A stretch of DNA of 35,726 bases from an uncultured Gammaproteobacteria bacterium (GTDB taxonomy: Bacteria > Patescibacteriota > Microgenomatia > UBA8517). The position numbers and the translations under genes are program-made. Location: positions 147,028 to 182,753 of the forward strand of contig OZ246419.1 of NCBI GenBank assembly GCA_965231135.1, read 5' to 3'. Under the pieces are notes generated by a model. It was not told the origin of the DNA. It saw nothing but the letters and a program-made list of their open reading frames with translations, and searched no databases. Below, piece by piece: positions 19,557-28,955 of the stretch (its first letter is position 1; each line of letters begins with the position of its first letter).

Positions 19557-20981
19557 TTATTTTAAGCGAGGGAATAATGGTTTATCAGATTTAATTTTAT
19601 CAGTATTAAATTGTTTTTGAATTTTTTGAGCAGTTTCTGGCAAAAATGGTTCTAAATCAACTGCAATTTGCCTGATATCTGAAACCAAAAACTCTAAAAC
19701 CTTTTGAAGTTCTTCACCACTTAAAGTCCAGACTTTTTTGTGATTGATTAAAATATCCAGTTCTCTTATTTTGTCCCAAATTGTTTTGAGAGAATTATTA
19801 AATTCATATTTTTTAAGAGGGATTTCTAATTCAATATCAAAAGAGTTTTTTGAAACAGGAAATTCAAAACCAGATTTTTCGCAGAGAGCTGCGACACGGG
19901 CAATTAGATTGCCCAGACCATTGGCAAGGTCTGAATTGTAAACCTCTTTAAATCTTTCGATTGTGAAATTGTGGTCGGCGTCTAAAGAAACTTGAGATAA
20001 TAAATAGTATCTTAAAGGCTCGAGGCCAAATTCTTTAATAAATTCTATTGGATCGATGACATTTCCCAGTGACTTACTTATTTTTTGGCCATCAATATTT
20101 ACGAAACCGTGAATCAAAATTAATTTTGGCAATGGAAGATTTGCCGACAAAAGCATTGCAGGCCAATAAACTGTATGGAATCTGTTGATGTCTTTTCCTA
20201 TTACATGAATATTTGCTGGCCAATATTTTTTCCATTTTTCTTCATCCCAACCGAAACCAATACCAGTCATGTAAATATCAAGAGCGTCAAACCATACATA
20301 AATTTTTTGAGTGTCATCTCCTGGAACTGGAACACCAACTCCTTGCGCTCTTTCATTTGATCTTGAGATAGAGAAATCTTCTAGACCTTCCTTGATGAAT
20401 GACAGTGTTTCATTCCGCTTGTTTGTAGGAATAATTTGCAAAATATCTGATTCAATTAATTCTATTAATTTTTCCTGGTATTTGGATAATTTGAAAAAAT
20501 AATTTTCTTCTTTTATGTAATCCGGTTTTTTATTGTGAATAGGGCAAAGACCGTCAACTAATTCTTTTTCTGTTTTAAAAGATTCACAGCCAACACAATA
20601 CCAACCTTCGTAAGATTTTTTATATATGTCGCCGTTTTTATTACACAATTCCCATAATTTCTGAACTCCGGGCCAATGTTTTTTTTCATCAGACCCTCTT
20701 TGGAAAACGTCTAAAGGAACACCAACTGCATCGTAAGTTTCCTGCCAAATTTTTGAATATTTATCTAAATACTTTTTCGTTGAAATGCCTTCTTTTTCTG
20801 CAGCCTGGACATTTTTAAGAGCGTTTTCGTCAGCTCCAGAGAGCAATAAAACATCTTCTCCTAAAGCCTGGTGATATTTTCTGATTGTATCAGCCATAAA
20901 ATATTCAAAGGTGTGGCCGATATGAGGTTTACCGTTTACATAAGGAATAGCTGTGGTGATGTAAAAATTTTTGTCGGACAT
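19557..20981 (-). CDS. metG: Methionyl-tRNA synthetase (short form)
   Basis: YITTAIPYVNGKPHIGH, Zn knuckle CVGCE...CPIH, YVWFDAL, GKDINRFH, KISKSLGN. Start moved to ATG 20981 (TATAAT 7 nt upstream). Confidence 0.97.
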   Translation of the reverse strand: MSDKNFYITTAIPYVNGKPHIGHTFEYFMADTIRKYHQALGEDVLLLSGADENALKNVQAAEKEGISTKKYLDKYSKIWQETYDAVGVPLDVFQRGSDEKKHWPGVQKLWELCNKNGDIYKKSYEGWYCVGCESFKTEKELVDGLCPIHNKKPDYIKEENYFFKLSKYQEKLIELIESDILQIIPTNKRNETLSFIKEGLEDFSISRSNERAQGVGVPVPGDDTQKIYVWFDALDIYMTGIGFGWDEEKWKKYWPANIHVIGKDINRFHTVYWPAMLLSANLPLPKLILIHGFVNIDGQKISKSLGNVIDPIEFIKEFGLEPLRYYLLSQVSLDADHNFTIERFKEVYNSDLANGLGNLIARVAALCEKSGFEFPVSKNSFDIELEIPLKKYEFNNSLKTIWDKIRELDILINHKKVWTLSGEELQKVLEFLVSDIRQIAVDLEPFLPETAQKIQKQFNTDKIKSDKPLFPRLK

Positions 20982-21029
20982 AACACATATTATATAGTTT
21001 TGAAGCAAAAAAGACTATTTTTATGAATT

Positions 21030-21395
21030 TTAAGAAAGATGATCGAACATTGCGGACAGTTCCCAGAAATTTGCTGACAATGCGGTTAAAGTAAAAATAG
21101 AAGATGCATAACTGCCCCAAAGAGTTAAGTCTCTTATTGTTGTGTTTGCACTATTTTCTTTATCTGTCCATTCTGCGATAAATATTGCTTTTTTTGAATC
21201 ATAGTTTGAGCGTCTAATGAGGAATGATGCTGTATTTATTTCGAAGTGTATGTATTCATTGTTTTCAAGACAATTTTTCCATGAGAACTTTGCTCCTTCT
21301 TTAATAACATCCATGGCTGTAGAACCAGGTGTGAAAGTGTAAGGATTTTCCTTTGAGCCGTCTCCTTTGCTGTATCTTATTTCTCTTTCTGGCAT
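21030..21395 (-). CDS. Hypothetical protein, 121 aa
   Basis: Only long ORF in the gap; no family recognised. Confidence 0.6.
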   Translation of the reverse strand: MPEREIRYSKGDGSKENPYTFTPGSTAMDVIKEGAKFSWKNCLENNEYIHFEINTASFLIRRSNYDSKKAIFIAEWTDKENSANTTIRDLTLWGSYASSIFTLTALSANFWELSAMFDHLS

Positions 21396-21563
21396 ATTAA
21401 GTTGATATTAAAACAATAATTAATTTGCTTGTCAAACGCTAGATACAAAACGCCTTAATTATGAGACATTTTGGGGACTTGAAAAGCTTGTAATAAAACT
21501 ACAACAATGATAAATATCTGCCCAAAATTCATACCCTTTTGGGCTAAAAAGGGGGTGATTAAT

Positions 21564-22160
21564 ACGAAAAAACTTTTAATAGCTGGTGCTATTTCATTTG
21601 CCGGACTTATGCTTACTGCCGGAAGCGCTTTTGCTTCTAATGTGACAATAAGCGGAAACGGTTATGACACACACAATTATGTGAACACAAGCAGTTCGAC
21701 TTATTCGTCGACAAGCCAAACTAATGTAACAACTTTTACGAATAACGTTACTACCGGATCAAACAAAGGCACAAAAAACAGTGCCAATAATAATACCGGA
21801 AAAGGAAGTGTTACAGTTACAGGAGGCAGTTCAACAAGCAAAGTAAATATTACAAATTTGGGAAGCGTAAATGTTAGCGTTGATCCAAATTCTTGCTGCC
21901 CATGCAACACGACAGGCGATGTGACCATTAAAAATAATGGTGCAAAATCATCAAACGGAGTTAATGTTTGGACAAACTGCGTAACAACCGTTAGCCAGAC
22001 AAATGTTACTACTGTAAATAATACAGTTAACACCGGAAACGGAGGAAGCAATAATAGCGCAAACGGAAATACCGGCTCAGGCGATGTTAGCGTAACAGGC
22101 GGAGATAGTTCGTCGACTGTTAATATTACCAATGCTGCAGGATTAAACGTCGCGTTATAA
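21564..22160 (+). CDS. Secreted Thr/Asn/Ser/Gly/Val-rich two-repeat protein; start codon atypical or uncertain
   Basis: Signal-peptide-like KKLLIAGAISFAGLMLTAGSAFA and two ~80-aa repeats. AAGGGGGTGA lies 5 nt before ACG at 21564. The track start is ATG 21507. Confidence 0.75.
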   Translation, partial: TKKLLIAGAISFAGLMLTAGSAFASNVTISGNGYDTHNYVNTSSSTYSSTSQTNVTTFTNNVTTGSNKGTKNSANNNTGKGSVTVTGGSSTSKVNITNLGSVNVSVDPNSCCPCNTTGDVTIKNNGAKSSNGVNVWTNCVTTVSQTNVTTVNNTVNTGNGGSNNSANGNTGSGDVSVTGGDSSSTVNITNAAGLNVAL

Positions 22161-22174
22161 GTCTCAGGAAAAAA

Positions 22175-22513
22175 CTAATTTTTAGTTTTAAGGAGCTCTC
22201 TTAAACGAGAGCTCCATTTTGTTGCCCAGGCGTCTGCGTCAATTTTTTTTACGACTTCTTTGACTTCTTTTTTATTTAATAAATTCTCGTTTTCTGAAAT
22301 AAATTTAGAAGTTACGTGCAAATTATTTTTGATATTTTCCTGAGTTCTTTTTTTACTTAACCAATAAAGAACCGATAATCTTTTGGATAAAGTTTCCAGT
22401 TCTTTGTCTGTTAAAAAAGATTTTAAAAAATTTAGAGTTTCTTCTTCGTTTTTGAAGTCCGAAAAGGTAAGAGCTAAAGTTTTTTCAATTTGCTTTTTTA
22501 GAGTTGGATTCAT
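22175..22513 (-). CDS. Trp-repressor-like (YerC/YecD) helix-turn-helix protein
   Basis: FLKSFLTDKELETLSKRLSVLYWL...IKNNLHVTSKFIS matches the family pattern FLxxxLTxxExxxLxxRLxV...IxxxLxVSxxxIS. Confidence 0.7.
   Translation of the reverse strand: MNPTLKKQIEKTLALTFSDFKNEEETLNFLKSFLTDKELETLSKRLSVLYWLSKKRTQENIKNNLHVTSKFISENENLLNKKEVKEVVKKIDADAWATKWSSRLRELLKTKN
22192..22220 (+). terminator. Probable intrinsic terminator for the secreted repeat gene
   Basis: Perfect 9-bp stem GGAGCTCTC-TTAAAC-GAGAGCTCC followed by ATTTT, 31 nt after the stop; embedded in the 3' end of the convergent gene. Confidence 0.65.
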
Positions 22514-22823
22514 ACAGGAGTATTGTAATCACGATTGCCGTTAAAAGAAAGAAGTTTACGAAATTACCAAGACCAAAATATCGCAAGATTACAAAAATGG
22601 TTAAGGCAATTGTGATAATTAAGTTTTTGATAGAAAAATAAACGCATAAGAAAAATACAAAAAAGAAAAAGGGAATAATGCCAAAAGTTTTCGGGTCTAT
22701 AAAATAAATAATAAACGCCAGAATTAACCAGAAAAAAAGAGGAATTAGAATTTTTGAAATTGGGAAATTAAATTTCTTGGTTTCGGTTTTTTGTTCTTGT
22801 TTTCTTCGGCGAGAAGGAGGCAT
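22485..22823 (-). CDS. Small membrane protein with basic N-terminus
   Basis: About 4 hydrophobic segments; TATAAT 5 nt upstream of the ATG. Confidence 0.7.
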   Translation of the reverse strand: MPPSRRRKQEQKTETKKFNFPISKILIPLFFWLILAFIIYFIDPKTFGIIPFFFFVFFLCVYFSIKNLIITIALTIFVILRYFGLGNFVNFFLLTAIVITILLYESNSKKAN

Positions 22824-22838
22824 AATGTATTATAACCT

Positions 22839-23759
22839 ATGGAATTACTACTGATATTAGTTTTAATAATTGGATTTGGAATTGTTATTTATTTGCTTAT
22901 TCAAAAGCCAAAAACTTCAAACGATTTACTCGAGTATTTGAAATCTACAAATAATAGATTAGATCGCCAAGGAATGGATTTTAATCAAAGACTTGATAAT
23001 GCAGCGCGCGTAATTTCTGATGTCCAAAAAAACATCGGAGAGATGAGCGAAATAGGGCGCAGTATGCGCGATTTTCAAGAACTTTTACAATCTCCAAAAC
23101 TGCGAGGAAATGTTGGAGAACATATTTTGAATGAAATACTTGAGCAAAATTTGCCAAAATCTTCTTTTAATTTGCAGTATGCCTTTAAAAATGGCCAGAA
23201 AGTAGACGTTGCGATAAAAACTTCTGCTGGAATAATTCCTGTGGATTCCAAGTTCCCATTAGAAAATTTCAGAAAATTAAATAGTGCAAAATTAGAAACT
23301 GAAAAAAGAATTGCTGAAAAAGATTTCGAGAGAGATGTAAAACATCATATTGATGATATTTCTAAAAAATATATTTTAACTGATGAAGGAACAATTGATT
23401 ATGCACTGATGTATGTTCCAAATGAAGCGATTTATTATGAAATTGTAAACAATGTAAGTTTGTTTGAATATTCACAAAAGATGAGAGTACTTCCGGTTTC
23501 TCCAACAACTTTTTATGCATATATGCGAGCGATACTGATGAGTTTTGAAGGGCAAAAAATTGAAGCGAAAGCGAAAGAAATATTAAACGCCCTTCGGGCG
23601 ATAAAACAAGATTATGAGAAGACAGAAGAAGATTTAAATGTTATGCAAAGACATTTAAATAGTGCAGTTAATAAAATGAATGATGTATTTAATTCATTTG
23701 GAAAGTTAGGTGGAAAAATTTCTGCAACGAAGAATTTGGGAGAAGATACAAAAATCTAG
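22839..23759 (+). CDS. rmuC: DNA recombination protein RmuC
   Basis: N-terminal TM and coiled coil, KLRGNVGE, IPVDSKFPLENF, HIDDISKKYI, DYALMYVPNEAIY, VSPTT. Confidence 0.93.
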   Translation: MELLLILVLIIGFGIVIYLLIQKPKTSNDLLEYLKSTNNRLDRQGMDFNQRLDNAARVISDVQKNIGEMSEIGRSMRDFQELLQSPKLRGNVGEHILNEILEQNLPKSSFNLQYAFKNGQKVDVAIKTSAGIIPVDSKFPLENFRKLNSAKLETEKRIAEKDFERDVKHHIDDISKKYILTDEGTIDYALMYVPNEAIYYEIVNNVSLFEYSQKMRVLPVSPTTFYAYMRAILMSFEGQKIEAKAKEILNALRAIKQDYEKTEEDLNVMQRHLNSAVNKMNDVFNSFGKLGGKISATKNLGEDTKI

Positions 23760-23941
23760 ATTAGTAAGGAATTGGAGTACCGGTTCGAATTTATCTTACT
23801 CTTCGGACTTTTTAATGAGAGGCTGACAATTAATCTCCTTCCAATTCAAATTATGGATTTTATTATTTAAAGAAAAATTACAAATTCTTCCATAATTTAT
23901 GGGCTTACTTTGATAATTATACAGCGTGATACAATTGGTTT

Positions 23942-24451
23942 ATGAAAATAATTTTATATATGGCTATTTCTGCAAACGGAATGATTGCGAAAGCTGATCA
24001 TGACACTCCATGGAGTGATGATGAATTTGAAAGTTATAAAAACAAAGTAATTGAAATTGGAAATTTAGTAATTGGCAAAACTACTTATGATTTAACTATT
24101 GAGGATAATGGTTTTGATAATTTGAGAAATCCGTTTATTGTTGTTTTAACAACTTCTGGTGACAAACCAAGAAATAAAAATACAATTTTTGTAAAAAGTT
24201 TTAATGAAGCAATTAAAGTTTCTCAGGAAAAAAAGTTTGAAAACATGCTTATTGCAGGTGGAGGAAAAATGAATAAAGTTGCTTTGGAATCGGGAAAAAT
24301 TGATGAAATATTTTTAGATGTGGAACCATTTATTTTTGGAAAAGGAATTAATCTCTTTGCAGAGTCCGATATGAACTTAAATTTGAAGTTAATAGGAACA
24401 AAAAAAGTAGGAAAAAATGGAATACAACTTCATTATGAAGTTACTAAATAA
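23942..24451 (+). CDS. Dihydrofolate reductase-like / RibD C-terminal family protein
   Basis: ILYMAISANGMIA, LVIGKTTY, IAGGG, IDEIFLDVEPFIFGKGI, IQLHY. Confidence 0.85.
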   Translation: MKIILYMAISANGMIAKADHDTPWSDDEFESYKNKVIEIGNLVIGKTTYDLTIEDNGFDNLRNPFIVVLTTSGDKPRNKNTIFVKSFNEAIKVSQEKKFENMLIAGGGKMNKVALESGKIDEIFLDVEPFIFGKGINLFAESDMNLNLKLIGTKKVGKNGIQLHYEVTK

Positions 24452-24470
24452 CTAGTGATACAATGGCTTC

Positions 24471-27335
24471 GTGGAGAAAACTCTCAATAAACAACAACTT
24501 CAGGCGATAAAACATAAAAATGGTCCCTTACTTGTAATTGCTGGAGCTGGAACTGGGAAAACTACTGTTATTACTGAACGAGTTAAATTTTTAATTGAAA
24601 AAAAATTGGCAAAACCCGAAGAGATACTTGCACTTACCTTTACAGAAAAGGCGGCTCGAGAAATGGAAGAGAGAATTGATATTGCACTCCCATATGGATA
24701 TACCAATATGTGGATTCTTACTTTCCATGCATTTTGCGAGAGAATCTTAAGAAGGGAAGCGCTACAGATTGGAATGGATCCAAGATTTAAATTGATGACA
24801 ACGGGCGAGACTGTGCAGTTGATTCGCCAAAATTTGTTTAAATTTAAATTAAGTTATTATCGACCGCTTGGAAATCCTTATAAATTTATTGATGGGATGA
24901 TACAACATTTTTCCAGACTTCAAGATGAAGATATTAAAACTGATGAATATTTAAAATGGGCAAGGAAACAAGAGGACAAAAAATGGTTGGAACTAGCCAA
25001 TGCATATCGCACATATGAGGAATTAAAAATTGCAAATGGTTTTATGGATTTTGGAGATTTGATTACAAAAACTATAAAACTTTTTCGTGACAGGCCAAAT
25101 GTTTTGAAAGAATACAAACGCCAATTTAAATATATTTTGATTGATGAATTTCAGGATACGAATTTCTCTCAAAATGAGCTGGCGCTCATTTTGGCAAAAC
25201 AAAACAAAACACAGAATATAACAGTAGTGGGTGATGATGATCAAAGCGTTTATCGATTTCGGGGAGCGGCGATAAGTAATATTATTCAATTTAGAAAAAA
25301 TTTTCCTAAGACAAAAGTTGTCACTCTTACTCAAAACTATCGATCGACACAAGAGATATTGGATAGAGCATATGAACTTATACAACACAATAATCCAGAT
25401 AGATTGGAAGTAATTGAGAATGTTAACAAAAAATTAATTTCAAACAAAAAAGATGGAGAGAAAATAGAATTTATTCACACAGGACGGGTTGAAAATGAAG
25501 CTGAAATGGTTGCTAAAGAAATCCTTCGACTCGTAAAACTCCCTCAGGATCGATATGAATATCGAGATTTTGCGATTTTGGTGCGAGCGAATAATCACGC
25601 AGAACCATTCATTAGAGCATTACAGAGACAAGGAATTCCTTATCAATTTTTAGGACCTGGAAAACTTTTCCGGCAAAGTGAAATAGTTGATTTAATTTCT
25701 TATCTTCAAGTTCTTTATGATTTTGATAACAGTACGGCTGCGTTTCGGATTTTTTCTTTATCAGTGTTTGGTGTTAACTCAAGAGATTTGGCTAAGATTA
25801 GTAATTTTGCAAGAAGGCAAAACTTAAGTTATTTTGAAGCAGCTGAAAAAGCAGGTGAAATAAACATAAGCATTGACTCTAAAGAAAAAATTAAAAAAAT
25901 TGTTGAGATGGTCCACAAACATTTGGGGTTAGTTAATAAAGAAAGTGCGGGACAAATTTTGTATTATTTTTTGGAGGAGACAAAATTACTTAATGATTTA
26001 TTAAACCCAGAAAATGCTGAAGCTGCAAAGAGAGCAAATAATATTTCTAAATTTTTTGATAAAATAAAAACTTATGAAGTTGATCATCCAGGAAGTACAG
26101 GTGTTTTTGATGTTGTTGATTATATAAATCTTGCAATGGATGTAGGGGAATCACCGCTTGCCGCTGACAGCGATTGGAATGAAATAAACGTTGTAAATAT
26201 TTTAACGGTGCATTCTTCTAAAGGACTAGAATTTCCTGTTGTGTTTTTAGTTAACTTGGTGGCACAAAGATTTCCAACAATTGAGCGACGCGAGCAGATT
26301 CCAATTCCTGATGCACTCATAAAAGAAGTTTTACCAACTGGAGATTTTCACCAACAAGAAGAGAGAAGGCTTTTTTATGTGGGAATGACACGTGCAAAAG
26401 ATAAACTTTATTTTAGCGCAGCCAATTTTTACGGGGAGGCAAAAAGAGAAAAAAAGTTGTCACCCTTTATATTCGAATCGCTGGGCAAATCAGCTCTCGA
26501 TGCTGACGCATCGGTAAAGCAGAACGCAAAAATAGAACAACTGAGTTTTTTAAGTTTTGCAAACAAAAATGAAATTGCGGAAAACAAAAAAGATGAGAAT
26601 AATGCGAGGCTAAAAATTAACTATTTGTCTTATTCGCAAATTGAAACTTTTGAGATTTGTCCACTTCATTTTAAATTAAAATATATTTTAAAAATTCCAA
26701 CACAGCCAATTGCTGCAGCAAGCTTTGGAACAAGTATTCACAATACGCTTCGTGATTTCTATGAAAGCAAAAAAAATGCTGAAAAAGATTTACTTAAACT
26801 TTTTAAGAAAAACTGGATACATGAAGGGTTTTTGGATAAAAAACAGAACCAAGAATTTTTTGATAAAGGGAAAAAATATCTAAAAGATTTTTACAAATTA
26901 CAATTTGATAAAAATAAATTGCCAACATTTTTGGAACAAGATTTTGTTATACCAATTAGCAAAGATTTGAAAGTTGGAGGGAGAATTGATCGTGTTGATA
27001 AATTGCCTGATGGAACTATTGAAATCTGGGACTATAAAACAGGTATGAATGTCCCAACTCAAAAAGAGATAGATCGCAATTTGCAATTAACTATTTATGC
27101 GCTTGCTGCACAGGATTTGTTTAAGAAAAAACCAGAAAAGGTTAAATTATCTTTGTACTATTTTGAGAACCAAAAAAAAATTACAACAGTGAGAACAAAA
27201 AGCGATTTGATAAAAGCAAAAGAAGAGATTTTAAGAATAAAAAAAGAAATCGAGAAATCAGAGTTTAAATGTAGTGGAAGTATGCTTTGTGAATTTTGTG
27301 AGTTCAAAATGTTTTGTCAGGCGGATTTAGAGTGA
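24471..27335 (+). CDS. UvrD/PcrA-like SF1 helicase fused to a C-terminal PD-(D/E)XK nuclease with Fe-S cysteines (AddA/AdnAB-like)
   Basis: AGAGTGKT, DEFQD, VGDDDQSVYRFRGA, QNYRS, HSSKGLEF, EERRLFYVGMTRA; nuclease GRIDRVD..WDYKTG, QLTIY; CPLHF plus CSGSMLCEFCEFKMFC. Confidence 0.92.
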   Translation: MEKTLNKQQLQAIKHKNGPLLVIAGAGTGKTTVITERVKFLIEKKLAKPEEILALTFTEKAAREMEERIDIALPYGYTNMWILTFHAFCERILRREALQIGMDPRFKLMTTGETVQLIRQNLFKFKLSYYRPLGNPYKFIDGMIQHFSRLQDEDIKTDEYLKWARKQEDKKWLELANAYRTYEELKIANGFMDFGDLITKTIKLFRDRPNVLKEYKRQFKYILIDEFQDTNFSQNELALILAKQNKTQNITVVGDDDQSVYRFRGAAISNIIQFRKNFPKTKVVTLTQNYRSTQEILDRAYELIQHNNPDRLEVIENVNKKLISNKKDGEKIEFIHTGRVENEAEMVAKEILRLVKLPQDRYEYRDFAILVRANNHAEPFIRALQRQGIPYQFLGPGKLFRQSEIVDLISYLQVLYDFDNSTAAFRIFSLSVFGVNSRDLAKISNFARRQNLSYFEAAEKAGEINISIDSKEKIKKIVEMVHKHLGLVNKESAGQILYYFLEETKLLNDLLNPENAEAAKRANNISKFFDKIKTYEVDHPGSTGVFDVVDYINLAMDVGESPLAADSDWNEINVVNILTVHSSKGLEFPVVFLVNLVAQRFPTIERREQIPIPDALIKEVLPTGDFHQQEERRLFYVGMTRAKDKLYFSAANFYGEAKREKKLSPFIFESLGKSALDADASVKQNAKIEQLSFLSFANKNEIAENKKDENNARLKINYLSYSQIETFEICPLHFKLKYILKIPTQPIAAASFGTSIHNTLRDFYESKKNAEKDLLKLFKKNWIHEGFLDKKQNQEFFDKGKKYLKDFYKLQFDKNKLPTFLEQDFVIPISKDLKVGGRIDRVDKLPDGTIEIWDYKTGMNVPTQKEIDRNLQLTIYALAAQDLFKKKPEKVKLSLYYFENQKKITTVRTKSDLIKAKEEILRIKKEIEKSEFKCSGSMLCEFCEFKMFCQADLE
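25518..25550 (+). repeat. Dispersed repeat, copy B (in-frame in the helicase-nuclease gene)
   Basis: GAAATCCTTCGACTCGTAAAACTCCCTCAGGAT, 32/33 identical to 28695-28727. Confidence 0.9.
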
Positions 27336-27649
27336 TTATCGACTTCGTAAATATTTAATTGACCCTTGACTGGAAAAGGTTTTATTACTCTTAAATTTCT
27401 AATTAACCAAGCATATAATTTTGGAGAATATTTAAAGCATGCTGCTTTTTCATCACTTTTTTTCATTCTTCGAATATCGTAGAGATTGACTATGCAAAGA
27501 GCAAAACCAGCTGGTTCTATTTTGGGATTTTGTGAGGAGCAAATTAGTAAGTCTCCCCGATAATTTGTTTTCCATTTCCTTGTTTCAATTGTTTTAATTC
27601 CATCTCTTATTAAATTAGCGTAAGGCTGTTTGAGAGAGATGGCTTTCAT
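27317..27649 (-). CDS. ASCH-domain protein
   Basis: MKAISLKQPYANLIRDGIKTIETRKW..YRGDLLICSS..LYAWL..FPVKGQLNIY. Start at ATG 27649 in an ATGA overlap with the upstream gene. Confidence 0.9.
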   Translation of the reverse strand: MKAISLKQPYANLIRDGIKTIETRKWKTNYRGDLLICSSQNPKIEPAGFALCIVNLYDIRRMKKSDEKAACFKYSPKLYAWLIRNLRVIKPFPVKGQLNIYEVDNHSKSA

Positions 27650-28107
27650 AGTTTTGGGATAACATACCCCAAAACATCGAAATCTGGGTGCCAAATTTCA
27701 ATCATGTCTTCTTTGAAATTTCTAATGAATGGTGATTTATCCTTCCATTTATTTTTGAATTCTTGAAAATTATCTATTTCATAATCACCACAACCAACTT
27801 GGAGACGATATGGATCAACGATTCGAACACCTAAATAATTAATATTATAATTTAGTATTTTTTCTTGGACTTTAATATATAAACTAGTTTCGGAACTAAA
27901 CGGTTCCCTTGGACCTTTTTTGGAAATTAAATCATATAAATAATCATATTCATCAAAATAATGAGGAAATATTTTGAGGGTTGTAATGGGAAGTTTCTCT
28001 TGAAAGATTTCTAATGAAAGTTTTTCAAGTTCTGAAGTTATATATTCTAAAGCCTTGTTTAAATCTTTTTCATTTTTGATGGGACTAAAGGGATAAATTG
28101 TTTTCAT
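27646..28107 (-). CDS. Hypothetical protein, 153 aa
   Basis: Abuts the upstream stop (0 nt gap) and overlaps the ASCH start; no family recognised. Confidence 0.75.
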   Translation of the reverse strand: MKTIYPFSPIKNEKDLNKALEYITSELEKLSLEIFQEKLPITTLKIFPHYFDEYDYLYDLISKKGPREPFSSETSLYIKVQEKILNYNINYLGVRIVDPYRLQVGCGDYEIDNFQEFKNKWKDKSPFIRNFKEDMIEIWHPDFDVLGYVIPKL

Positions 28108-28953
28108 TTAGAATATTTTAATATTAAATTTGGATTTTACAAACAGGCCTGGATAACTAACTTCAGTTTTACTAAAACCAGATTTGAATTTGGTAAAGCC
28201 CTGCCAACTCTCTAATGGAAACCTTGTGTCGTAAATGCCATCGAAATCGAAAGTTTTCATTCCTAATTTTTTAGACAGTAAAATTGCATGCCAGGTTAAA
28301 AGAGTGGGGGCGAAATTTTTGCGGCCTTCATTATTTGCTGCGGCGTACATATAATAACTGACTTTATCAAAAAATAATAGAAATAGAACTGCAATTATTT
28401 TGTTATCTTTTTTAGCGAGAAGGATTTTTGAATTTTCTCCAAAGGATTTTTGCATAGCGATAATATTTTTTTGCTGACTAAAAAAAGGAAAACGATTTTT
28501 CTCGAAATTTTCTCTCCAAAAATTAGTGAAGTCTAAGACGTTGTCACTCTCAACTATTTCAACACGTTTTAAAAAGGATGTGCGCGTGATGTTGTAGCGA
28601 ACTTTTTGGGAGAAAGATTTTAGTAGTTCGTTTTCTGATTTGTTTAAATTAATAATTAAAGTTTTGGTTGGAAGGGATGGAGAGTTTGAGGGATGAAATC
28701 CTTCGACTCGTAAAACTCGCTCAGGATGTCGTGGGTACACTCCAGGTTCGATTGAGAATTGAAATGGATGGTATTTATTTTCAATAAATGTAATAATTTT
28801 TTGATTTAAAATTTCAGAGCGTTGAAGTTTGACAAAACTTCCGAGAACTGGAAAATACTTAATGTAAATATAAATATTATTAATTTTTTCTATTTTCCAA
28901 TTGATAGATTTTAGATAATTTGCCCAGTCAGGGGATTGACGAAGATCTGCCAT
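28108..28953 (-). CDS. FemABX/MurM-like GNAT peptidyl transferase (divergent copy)
   Basis: LRQSPDWANY, TKTLIINLNKSENELLKSFSQKVRYNI, YYMYAA, PTLLTWHAI, DFDGI, FTKFKSGF. Confidence 0.82.
   Translation of the reverse strand: MADLRQSPDWANYLKSINWKIEKINNIYIYIKYFPVLGSFVKLQRSEILNQKIITFIENKYHPFQFSIEPGVYPRHPERVLRVEGFHPSNSPSLPTKTLIINLNKSENELLKSFSQKVRYNITRTSFLKRVEIVESDNVLDFTNFWRENFEKNRFPFFSQQKNIIAMQKSFGENSKILLAKKDNKIIAVLFLLFFDKVSYYMYAAANNEGRKNFAPTLLTWHAILLSKKLGMKTFDFDGIYDTRFPLESWQGFTKFKSGFSKTEVSYPGLFVKSKFNIKIF
28695..28727 (+). repeat. Dispersed repeat, copy C (in-frame, antisense, in the FemABX-like gene)
   Basis: GAAATCCTTCGACTCGTAAAACTCGCTCAGGAT; on the coding strand it spans HPERVLRVEGF. Confidence 0.9.
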
Positions 28954-28955
28954 AT

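Noticed and set aside
23782-23790. GGTTCGAAT T-loop-like motif in the rmuC-DHFR gap
   Set aside because: No pairing T-stem, anticodon arm or acceptor stem, so not a tRNA or a recognisable att site.
23760-23921. Possible gene remnant on the minus strand behind a TATAAT (…SKPINYGRICNFSLNNKIHNLNWKEINCQPLIKKSEE*DKF…)
   Set aside because: No proper start codon, an internal stop and no recognisable similarity; cannot be supported without homologs.
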